Of a stretch of DNA of 64,000 bases, positions 12,136-23,343 are shown in pieces; the stretch's first letter is position 1; each line of letters begins with the position of its first letter. Position numbers and translations under genes: made by a program. This DNA is from Squalus acanthias (taxonomy: Eukaryota). The DNA lies in the NCBI GenBank assembly GCA_030390025.1, contig CM059432.1:54624001-54688000 (forward strand). The letters run 5' to 3'. The notes under the pieces were generated by a model, which had not been told where the DNA came from, ran no database searches, and was given only the letters and a program-made list of their open reading frames with translations.

Positions 12136-13149
12136 CATAGTCTGACAAAAAAGGAGTGGCACAGGAGGAAGACAACCCAACATAAGATCTATCACTTTCA
12201 CAGAGATGGAAGTGACCGGATTCTTCTACATGGAGAACATTAAAGGGCCACAAGGGCAAAATTGGACTGCCCATCCACACCGCAGCACTACTGTCGTATA
12301 AGCATTGAATTATACAGTAATAGCCATACAAAAAATTATATACAATAAGGTGAGCAATGTTAAAGGCCTGATGTGTTCAAACTAGTGGTTTAACAGAAAT
12401 AGCTATTCAAAGTTTAGAGGCTGTACATAATTTTACATTGAATTGGCAGTTCCTCAGCACTACATTGCAATTTCCTGCTGGTAGTAACTGAGAACTGAAT
12501 TACTGCCTGTAGTAATTTGATTTTCCATCGGTGGTAGTGATAAAATGGGGTGACAGCAGGTTTTGTCCTCCTCTGTATTGCCAGCCAGTCCATGGAATAT
12601 GAAGAGGAAAGTGTCTGAAGAAGGCACAGGGAAAGCAAAAGTGATTTGTCACTCAGTATCTCATTAAATGTTGGTGCTACCAGCGACAGAGATACAATGA
12701 AAAGATCAACAATCAAAACAGAACCCCCTGGGTACTGAACCTATGATTATACCTTGGACTTTGGAGAACATGGTTTCACATCTATACATTGGAAATTGTT
12801 TGAAGTTTTTTATAATCTACTCACTATGTGTTTGGTATTACAGTGAACATTCATTTATTCAGACACATTGGCCGCGATTTCCCCAACCTCGGCGGGTCCG
12901 TGGCAGGCGACGTCGGTGGCGGGTCCCAACCCCGCTGCTGTCACCAGCCCGCTGTGTAGAATGATTTTACGTTGATTGGGCTTGTAAAGCCCGCCCAGCG
13001 CGTTTGCCGGTCAATTGAAGGAAGCCGGTCTGATTACGTCATTTGATGAAGCGTCATCAGCCGGTTTCCTTAAAAGGACCATGCGCAAATTGATTTTGAC
13101 AGTTGTGCTGTCAGTGTTCTACAGCATTGAGGTGCTGCAAACACTGACA

Positions 13150-13385
13150 AGCACCACACAAAGGTGCACGGCTGCACCCAGGCTCTCCCATGACACCCTC
13201 CATATGCTTATGGAGAGAGTCTCAGCACGCAGGGAGGTCCTCTTCCCTTCTAATGGGCGGAAGAGACCTCCCCAGGAGACCAACGCAGCCTGGTTGCACA
13301 TTGCACAGGAGGACACAAACAGGGATGTTATCAGGAGGACCAGGCTGCAGTGGCTCCAACCTTTCAATGATCTCAGTAGATCACG
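13150..13385 (+). pseudogene. Myb/SANT-like DNA-binding domain (Harbinger second gene)
   Basis: APRLSHDTLHMLMERVSARREVLFP...AAWLHIAQE...RRTRLQWLQPFNDL. Confidence 0.75.
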
Positions 13386-13790
13386 AAACATTACTGCAAA
13401 GCCACAATCAACCTCATCCTGCTGTTCCACTCATCACATCCCCATCACTCTGCCTTCCCTACCCTACGCCTGCACATCCTTACTCACACCAACTTACCTT
13501 GTACTCCACCCATCCCTCTCTATCTACATTATCACTTCCTCATCTCACTAGCCACCCCTCACACTCACCCTCATCCTAGTGCAATCATACCAACTAACAA
13601 CACACAAGGGTAGGCACTTGGGTATTTTAGCCAATGTTCATGTAAAGTTTCTGTTAATGTGGTGTCAAACATTGAAACCATTATTTTCAACACTTTGCGT
13701 TCTTGGACAGGTTTGTGTGCACCTTTGTAAGTGGCTTGGTGAGTTGCAGTGAATGGTGAGACATAACGGTATTCCCCGCAATGGCGATAC

Positions 13791-15435
13791 TATTGAATTG
13801 GGGACAGGGACTCATTAAAATTAACGCAGGTAAAATAACAGTAATAATTAAAAAAATGACACTAAAGAGTGACAAATCCCCAAGTCCAGATGGTTTCCAT
13901 CCCAGGGTTTTAAAGGAAGTAGGTGAGCACATGGCAGATGCCCTAACTATAATCTTCCAAAGTTCTCTAGATTCAGGAACCGTGCCTTTAGATTGGAAAA
14001 TTGCGCATGTCACTCCGCTATTTAAGAATGGCGACAGAGGGAAATCACAGAATTATAGACCAGTTAGCCTAACATCAGTTGTGGGGAAATTGCTAGAGTC
14101 TATAATTAAGGATAGGGTGTCTGAACACCTCAAAAATTTTCAGTTGATCAGAGAGAGCCAGCATAAATTTGTGAAAGGTAGGTCATGCCTGACAAACCTG
14201 ATTGAATTTTTTGAAGAGGTGACTAAAGTAGGGGACAGGGAATGTCTATGGATGTTATTTATATGGACTTCCAGAAGGCATTTGATAAAGTCCCACATAA
14301 AAGACTGTTACCTAAGGTAGAAGCCCACAGAGTTGAGGGCAAATTATTGACCTGGTTAGGAAATTGGCTGAGCGGCAGGAGACAGAGAGTAGGGATAATG
14401 GGTAGGTAATCAAATTGGCAGGATGTGACTAATGGTGTCCCGCAAGGATCTGTGTTGGGGCCTCAACAATTCACAATATTTATTAACGACTTAGATGATG
14501 GCATAGAAAGTCATATATTCAAATTTGCCGATGACACAAAGATAGGCGGCATTGTAGGCAGTGTAGATGAAAGCATAAACTTGCAAAGAGATATTGATAG
14601 ATTAAGTGAATGGGCAAAACTGGCAAATGGATTTCAATGTATGCAAATGTGAGGTCATCCACTTTGGACCTAAAAAGGATAGAACAGGGTACTTTCTAAA
14701 TGGTAAAAAGCTAAAAACAGTGAATGTCCAAAGAGACTTGGGGGTTCAGGTACATAGATCATTAAAATGTCATGAACAGGTACAGAAAATAATCAAAAAG
14801 GCTATGTAATGCTGGTCTTTATATCTAGAGGACAAGGGGGCAGAAGTTATGCTACAGCTATACAAAACCCTGGTTAAACCACACCTGGAGTACTGTGAGC
14901 AGTTCTGGGCACCACACCTTAGGAAGGATATATTGGCCTTGGAGGGAGTGCAGCGTAGGTTTACCAGAATGATACCCGGACTTCAAGGCTTAAGTTACAA
15001 GGAGAGATTACACAAATTATTGTTATATTCTCTAGAATTTAAAAGGTTAAGTGGTGATCTGATCGAAGTTTTCAGGATATTAACGGGAACAGATAGGGTA
15101 GAAAGAGAGAAACTATTTCCGCTGGTTGGGGAGTCTAGGACTAGGGGGCATAGTCTAAAAATTAGAGGCAGACCTTTCAGGAGTGAAATTAGGAAACACT
15201 TCTACACACAAAGGGTGGTAGAAGTTTGGAACTCTCTTCCGCATACGGCAATTGATGCTAAATCAATTGTTAATTTTAAATCAGAGATTGATAGCTTTTT
15301 GTTAACCAAAGGTATTAAGGGATATGGGCCAAAGGCAGTTATATGGAGTTAGATCACAGATCAGCCATGATCTCATCAAATGGCGGAACAGGCTTGAGCG
15401 GCTGAATGGCCTACTCTTGTTCCTATGTTCCTATG
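13791..15435 (+). mobile_element. 5'-truncated CR1 LINE (RT pseudogene and 3' UTR)
   Basis: [50 protein letters not shown]; tail gttcctatgttcctatg. Confidence 0.95.
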
Positions 15436-16720
15436 TCAAAGGAATGGCTTAGGCATTGTAGGGATGCTTTATGGTGTTGGTGTGGGATGGTGCCAACCTG
15501 GCGCATCATGTGGCAGCCAGGGTGTACAGCATCAAGTGAAGTAAATCTGACCATGGTGAGGCCATCCCTGGCCTCCCGGGCAGCAATGTGCTCGGGTGCT
15601 GATGCCCTCAGTCCTGTGCAGCATCAGTTGATTGCGGAGAAGGTTGGTGTTGTTGTTGGTGCTGCTGGTGTGCCTGATGCTGCTGGTGCTGGGGCTAATC
15701 GTGGTGGGATTCTGAGGACCAAGGTAAGATAATTTCCAGGACACCAATGCTGATGTAATAGATGGCAGATGAACTTGAGATGACAGAAGCGATCTGTCAG
15801 TGGTGAAAGAGGTTGTTCCAATGAGGTGACACTGAATAGAGAGTTTGCTCCAAGCACTTACAAGCTGCATAAAGCTCAATCTGTCTTCCAAATGTAGTAA
15901 GCAACAGCTTCTGAGCTTGGAAAGTGAACAGCTGTGAGATGAGAGCTTTTATAGCACATTTGCAGCTGTCAATAATGAGATAATCCCATGGTGATACAAC
16001 TCCTGACCTCCTTATCTGACGTGATCCCCGAGCAGCGTGGACCCTGTGGGCGACCTCGTAAAATGGTACGGTGAGCTCAAAATACTTTTTAATGGGCTGT
16101 TAACAAGGTCATAATGTACCTGAATTGCCTTCCCCGCCGTTGCATGTCAGGTCTGTTCAGCCCTTATTTATTACCCATTCCTAATTGCCCTTGAGAAGAT
16201 GGTGGCGAGACACCTTCTTGAACTGCTGCAGTCCATGTGGTGAAGGTAATCCCATGGTGTTGTTAGGTAGGGAGTTCCAAGATTTTCACCCAGCAACGAT
16301 GAAGGAATGGCGATACATTTCCAAGTTTTCCCCCTAATTCCCATTGATTTCAAGTTTGCTAGGGCTCATTGGTGCCACATTCAGTCAAATGCTGCCTTGA
16401 TGTCAAGGGCAGTCACTCACACCTCACCTCTGGAATTCAGCTATTTTGTCCATGTTTGGACCAAGGCTGTAATGAGGTCTGGAGCCGAGTGTCCTGGCGA
16501 AACCCAAACTGAACATCAGTGAGCAGGTTATTGGTAATTGCCACTTTATAGCACTGTCGTTAACACCTTCCATCCCTTTGCTGATGATTGAGAGTAGGCA
16601 GATGGGGCGGTAATTTGCCAGAATGGATTGGTCCTGCTTTTCTTGAACAGGAAATACCTGGACAATTTTCCACTTTGTTGGGTAGAAGAAGGCATTATCC
16701 TGCCCACAGCGTGTCCATGC

Positions 16721-18385
16721 TGTAGAATTCGCAATATATCGCGATTTTATTAATAAGGAGAAAACACAGAGTTTCGTTCAAACAGCTTTTATTTCAGCAG
16801 AATGCTGACAGGTTTAAAGTGGACACAAGCAGCCTGTAAAATGGCCGCCGCACCTCGTGACCGAACATTCTAGACTTTTCAACAGGCAGACAAGATGGCG
16901 TTCCAATATACATTTGTGCAAGATCGATTAAGAGTCAGCACAGTGAAGATAATACACGAGACATTATGGGTTTGCAGTATACACATAGATACTGAAATCG
17001 GTCTCCCAGGTACAAAGGAAAGCCATTGTACCGAGTAATCAAGGGCCCATCCAAAAGACATTAATATGTAAAATCCCAACGACTCTACGATGAGAGAGCC
17101 GTTAGCAGGTAGTTATACAGGACACTTGGAAGCCCCAAACCCCTCCAGGGAGATTACCGACCTATTTAACAATGGGAGAAATATTAACAGGTACTCAGAC
17201 ATTTACGAGTAGCCCCGAAACCCATTAAGAACGGAGATCACCCATACAAGACATTTGAGCGCCAGACCCTAAACAAAAGAATGGACATTATAGTTGGGCG
17301 GGAAACGGAAGATTTTGCACTATAATTGCAGGCTCCAAACCGTCCATCTTTCTCTTGCTGCTCTTATCATCGTGGCTGCTCCTGTGCTCTTATCCGGTCG
17401 ATTCGTAACCTCGTGGCTGCTCCTGTGTACTCGTAGTTGGGCTTCTGCTTGCCTGTTGTCTCTTCTGAAAAGACTGTTGAACTTTCTGATCCGTTCGGAT
17501 CTACCTCGTGTCGCGTAACGAAGACCTATGTTGGTAACTGGCAGCGGAACCAAAGGCCCGAGATGAGAAGAGATGAGATGAGATGAGATGAGAAGAGAGG
17601 AAGACCATATCCATCGCCACGGTCAGTAAATCCCGACCGCGCCTGTAGGTCGATTAGCCAAGTTTTCCTTGCCAGGAAGACTTCTTCGAACTTGCAAAGA
17701 AACATATCGTATCGATGATATCGACAACTGTGCTCGAAAAGTACCTGTTAAACCAACCAACACAGGTCTTCATCACAGCAGACGTTCCAGCCTGCTAGCC
17801 GGAGCAGCAGAAGCAAGTAAACAAGTGGGACCAGGAGATCTCCTGACCGACACGTGGGTGCTGCGGTGAAAAACATCCGATCAGCTATTCGGAATTTCTC
17901 CGAGTTATCATGAGTGGTGAGCATGAGTCTCGAAATCCTACGAATCTAGTTTAGGATAGATATTGATAGGGGAGGGTTTAAGGATTAAGGATATTTGTAA
18001 TGTGTGCCCCTATTTACTTTGTGCCGTTCGTTCCTCGTTTCCCTAAGATCGACTATATAACTGCTTGTAAGATTGTACTGTCATTAATCTGTGCTTATGA
18101 CATGTATTTCATAATCTTAAGTATCATGCAATAAAGATTTTCCATTTCGTACCATTCAAACCGAGTCTACATGAGTTTCATCTCCATTACTGCTCTCGCA
18201 TCTAAGTCCAGTGTCTAGAACCGTAAGGGAGAGTGATTCGAACCACTCACAGGTGTGTCTAGTGTTCCCAGACTGGCTGGAGACCAGAACAGGCAACGAG
18301 GCCTAGACCCGCACTGACATACAGGCTGCACAGAGCCGCGTGAATCTCACAGGCTGCGAGACACGCAGGGTCAGAATCCCTTACA
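16721..18385 (+). mobile_element. Solo LTR (1665 bp) (LTR-B)
   Basis: tgtag...cttaca termini; 4-bp TSD ATGC; GC box near 17296, TATA at 17321, AATAAA at 18130; colinear homologue of LTR-C. Confidence 0.9.
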
Positions 18386-18499
18386 ATGCTTAGAGTGAGC
18401 TTCCTGGATTTATCTGAGGAGCAGTGCGTGGGGAGGGGGTGCTTCTCCAGACTGACTGTTGCAGACCTTTGCAGCTTCCTGCAAGAGAGCCTACTGCCT

Positions 18500-19355
18500 G
18501 CTGGGCCAGGTGGTCATGCTTTGCTTGTGGCATGAAAGTCACCACCGCACTTACTTTCTTTGCCTCAGCCTCGTTCCACGATGTTGCAGGGGCCATTTAT
18601 CACATCTCTCAGACTGTAATTCACAAATGCATCAGGCAGGTCACCGATGCCCTCTTTGCCAAGGTCAATGACTACATTACTTTCCCAATGGACACCAGCA
18701 GTCAGAATGAAAGCGCTCTGGGATTTGCTGCAGTTGTTGGTTTCGCTCATGTGCAGGGGGTTATAGACTGTACACATGTAGCCATCAGGGCACCAGGAAA
18801 CCAGCCAGGAGCATTCGTTAACAAAAAAGGATTTACTTCTATCAATGTGCAGTGATCACTGCCACAGAATAATGCATGACTGTGCCAGGTTTGCAAGCAG
18901 CTGTCACAATTCCTCCATTCTGCATCAGTCATCTATCTCCTGCACTTTGCCACCCATCAAAGAACATTGGAGATTGATTGCGTGGGGACACTGGCCCTAC
19001 TCTCCACTCATGGCTTATGATATCCTTTTGTAACGTCAGCCATGGGACCATCATGGTGCTCATCGAGCACACAATTGGGCTCCTGAAGCAATGGTTTAAG
19101 TGCTTGGAATAATCTGGGGGCTCACCCCAGTACATCCCGCAGAGAGGCTGGCACATTGTGTTGGAGTCCTACATGTTGCACAATCTCACAATCCAAAGAG
19201 AATTGCACATGGAGGAGTTGCAGCAAGAGGACCTTCCCTCATCTGATGAGGAAGACTTGGGCGATGGTGAAGAAGGAGCAGAAAAGGGAGGGCCAGTGCA
19301 ACACCTTGCAGCCAAAAATACCAGGGATAAATTCATGGTGCAGCGCTTTGATTGA
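18500..19355 (+). pseudogene. Harbinger DDE transposase pseudogene
   Basis: KVTTALTFFASASF, VQGVIDCTHVAIRAP, NKKGFTSINVQ, IEHTIGLLKQWF, acidic C-terminal patch; several stops. Confidence 0.85.
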
Positions 19356-20389
19356 CCTGCGCATTACCCTCAAAGATTCCACAATCCCCCTTCACATTGA
19401 CAGTCCTCATTACCTCCTTTAGCAGTCTTTCAACCCTGCAATAAAGAACATTGAAACCATTGAACCAATTATCATATATATGACATCTTGACATTGCAGA
19501 CTCATAACCTGCTATGAAACCACACTGAAGATGAAAATGCAAATCAAAAGTGTCTTCAAAATGGATTAGAAAAGATGAATTTTTTAATAGCTGCGACAAT
19601 AATAGCCTTAACACCATTTGTCACTTATGTGGCAACCCATGGTGCCTTTCTTTAATTTGTTTTACTAATCCTACGATTAATATGGGTGGAGCCCCAAGTG
19701 GCTTCAGCATAGCTAGTGGAAGGCTGATGTTGTTGAAACCCTTGAGATGCCCAGGCTCTGTGTCCTCTGGGAGCTCAGTGCCTTAGAGAGCCCAGCTGCA
19801 TACTGCCGCAGGCTGGCCCAGCTGGCTTTCTGGCACCATGGTGCCAATCTTTGTGCTGATGCTTGGGATGGATGGAGCGTGTGACTGTGCTTCTACCAGA
19901 GAATTGTCCTCCTCCGAATCCTCTTCAACAGAGCCCAGGTGCTGAAAGGACCTAGAGAAAGGGGAAAGGGACAAGAGTTAACAGGGCACTGACAGGATAG
20001 ACAATAGCAGATTATAGGCTTCACTATGCAACATTAAGTTGTCATGCAGCTTGAATGTACAATTGCTTGAGGTCACTGGAAAGGTGCAAGTAATAGGCAG
20101 ACACCATGCTAGGTGCTGCCCCCGCACCCCACCCCCACCTCACCGGCTCTGATGTTCTTCTCTCTGGATGGCCCTATTATCTCCAGGGCTGCGTGCTGTA
20201 TCAAGCCTTTACAACAAGCAAGTGAGTGTGTGATTGGGCAGAGGTGGTACAGTGTCCCATGGTGATTGGTGAAGAAGGATCTTGTGCAGGGGAGGTAAGT
20301 GTTTCAGAGTGCTGGGGGAGTGGGGTGAGGGAGAAGTGCTGTTGCCAGGTGTAATGCAGAGGAATAGAGATATGAAGAGCTGTATTCAC

Positions 20390-20620
20390 CCTTGCTTATC
20401 TGATCAGTTCATTGAAGTGTTTCCTGTATTCAATCCAGGTCTTCAGGTGATGCTCAGAGAGTTCACTACCTCTGCTACCTCTGCCAGGCCTGCTGCAAGT
20501 TATTTTTGGCAGTTTCATTGCATCATATGGAAACAGGACATCCTTCTGTGCCCTCACCTCCTCAACAAAGACTTCCACGGATGTGTCTGAGAACCTGAGG
20601 GCCTGCTTCCGACACATGTT
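20390..20620 (-). pseudogene. Myb/SANT-like domain remnant convergent with the 18.5-kb transposase
   Basis: ALRFSDTSVEVFVEEVRAQKDVLFP...TWIEYRKHFNELIR. Confidence 0.75.
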
Positions 20621-22145
20621 CAATATTGAGATGTTTCCATCAATGTAAATGTAACATCTCCTTAAGCGGGGCATTCACATTTGAAATAGCCATCAGGAGG
20701 CCCACAGGAAATCCTAGCCTACAAGTGGGCATCACTGTCTTGATCAGGTGGGCAGCCCGCCAATCAAATGCTACTGAGGCTTAACTTAAAATCATCCAAG
20801 CCTCAGACGAGTGTGCCAACTGCCATGTGATTGTCAATGCAAGCAATGAAAAAGAGTTTATTAATGCATTTGTATGAAAAATTATGTGTGATGCATAAGC
20901 ATAAGAGACAAGACAGCATGAACGTTATGACCAACCTGCAGCTGGCATCTTCCCCCCTACTTCCTTATCTCCTATTCCCTCTCCTGTCTGCCTGCCCAGC
21001 AGTTTGAGAGCTTCCTCCTCATAAGCAGTTAGAGGCTGGATACTGGGGAGTCCACCACCTGTTCCAGTTCTCTGCCTTCCATTATGAGTTATTTTCTCCT
21101 TTAAAAGGAAATCACACAGTATGAATGCCCGCTGGTTACCATGACATGTAATCGTACCCAGCTGACAGAAAGAAAATCACTATGGAGGTGAGAACAGGTG
21201 CATGGAAAAAGCAAGAAAATCTTGTGAGGTTTTTTTGTACATCCATCCAAGTTAGGCTTGAGGGAAGAAAAAGAGAGTTAATGTTTTTTCAGTTCTTCCT
21301 ATACATTGATGGTAAGATACTGAATAACTTTCAAACAATGAGGAGCAGGGTGAATTTAAGTGTTCACCAGTGCATTCTTAGAAAATGCCAAAGCCTCTGA
21401 TCACCTTGGCTGCCCTGCCGAGGTTCTTTTGGTGCTCTGTTGCATTGTAGAGGGGGAGCATGGAGATGCCGCTAACTGCCATCCCTGTACACTTCCTTTC
21501 AATGGGCGTCTGCACTCATTCCCAGATATTTGTACCCTCATTTGTCTAATTTGGATCAGCAATTCTGCCACCAATAAGTCAGAGAAGTTTGGGGCTTGCA
21601 CTGCAAGATATTTTGCTTTCAATAACGAGGCTCGTTTTAACCTAACCCACCCAACAGGAAACTGATGAGCTCGGATCGGCAGCCCGTTTTATACACCACC
21701 CAATTTTAATTTCCATCAACTTCAATGGTTAGGTTAAAATCATCCCCGTACATTCAGGTTTCAGTAACGGTTCACAATTCTGTGCCTTTCCCCTTTAAAC
21801 TGCTGCACCCATTTAAATACTGCCGCAGCTTCTGGTTCCCCACACAAGTGGCAAGCAGGCAGTATTACCGCTGGGAACCTCCCCACAAAACAGAAATATG
21901 GCTAAACCTGAAAAACGATGTTTCTGCCGCACTTCCGGCAAAGTTACAGAACAGGCGCAGCTCTGAGGAAATATCGGTCAATGTTCACCATGGCAGCAAA
22001 AGACAAGGCCTGCTTGACAGACACAAGAACGGTTATTAAAAAGATATATAACTTATTAAATGTAAATGATGTATACAAAATAGCAAGCTCAAGCTGTAAA
22101 GTGCCAAATATTTTGATAGCAGCTTAATGGAATCATTGCCAATTA

Positions 22146-22509
22146 CAGGAAACTTTCGTTTATCCGGCATCGACGGGACCGGCGTGGTGCCGGTTTATCG
22201 AAAGTACCGGATAACGGAGAGTTATATCTATCGAGGCTATTTTTAACAAAGAGACTCCAGGCAGCGCGGGACTGCAGTGTTTCGGACTTCCGACTGACTA
22301 AATCGGCGTTCGCGGACTCGGACTTGGAATCGGGATCGGCAACATTGCCGGTTATTTGAGAGGAGTTTTCGGAGCCCTCGGCGTTCGCGGAGACTCGACT
22401 GCGACTCGGCAACATTGCCGGTTATTTGAGAGGAGTTTTCGGAGGATGATTTTTGCCGGTTAAGCGAGAATTCCGGATATTTGGGTGCCGGATAAACGAA
22501 AGTTTCCTG
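22146..22509. mobile_element. Tc1/mariner (pogo/Tigger-like) MITE
   Basis: Perfect 24-bp TIR caggaaactttcgtttatccggca; TA on both sides; internal ~39-bp direct duplication; CpG-rich, so probably young. Confidence 0.9.
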
Positions 22510-22902
22510 TAGTACCTTTAGAAAGGAGAGAGAGAGAGGAAGCAAAGTGAAAGGGGAATAGATTGAGCTTAAAAGTGTGAAAGCAGCAGATTTTAAAGCT
22601 TGAGAATGTATTTGAATCAGAATGAGAGCTGAGTAGAAAGAACTGAAGAATGAAAATTTACTTGCGTTAACTATTAGTAGATCTATGAGATTGATTGAGA
22701 TTGTAGCCAAATAGGTCAGGAGCTGTACACATTCAATGGACCATTGTCTGGCACTGAATGACCCTGACCCTCTGAAAGTCGATGTTATCAGTGGACAGTA
22801 AGTTACATTTTCGGTGATACACATTACTTCAGTTAATTTTGCAAACACCTTGAGAATTCTATCAGCAAGTTACATATGAATGAAATGAATAATATTTATA
22901 TT

Positions 22903-23277
22903 TAGGGTTGCCAACTCTGGTTGGACATATTTCATGAGGTTTCATCAAATGATGTCCAACCTCCAACCACCCCACCCCCACGCTCCTGCCATTGGTCACC
23001 CAACATGTCCATCTTCACGGTGCACCGCCTTTTAAACCAATCAGAAAACTCTTTATTACCCGATAGGATGAATCTTTGACTGTGAGTCAAACAGCCGTTT
23101 TCCCATCTCTGATGTTATTATAAGTAAAAACTGAAGTGTTGAAAGAAAATGAAAAAGAAACATATTTTTTTTTTTATGTCCCTATGATTTTTCTCTCTGG
23201 TTGCTCACAGCAGTGTCCTGGAGATAATCATTAATTCCTGGATACTCCAGGTTGATTCTAGAGGGTTGGCAACCCTA
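22903..23277. mobile_element. hAT-type MITE
   Basis: TIR tagggttgccaac / gttggcaacccta; 8-bp TSD tttatatt (22895-902, 23278-85). Confidence 0.9.
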
Positions 23278-23343
23278 TTTATATTGCTGTCCTGCTTTCA
23301 CTTACCTGAAAATTTAGGGCCTGAAAATCCATGGGCCAGCATT

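Larger units (their letters stand above)
12870..16160 (+). mobile_element. Non-autonomous Harbinger derivative with Myb/SANT N-terminal exon, interrupted by CR1
   Basis: Terminus ggccgcgattt; homologous to 31592-32810 plus 37981-38304 in reverse orientation. Confidence 0.75.

Noticed and set aside
16721..18385. Foamy-virus LTR assignment
   Set aside because: Length and 4-bp TSD fit, but the TATA position implies a short U3 and no internal genes are present to classify it
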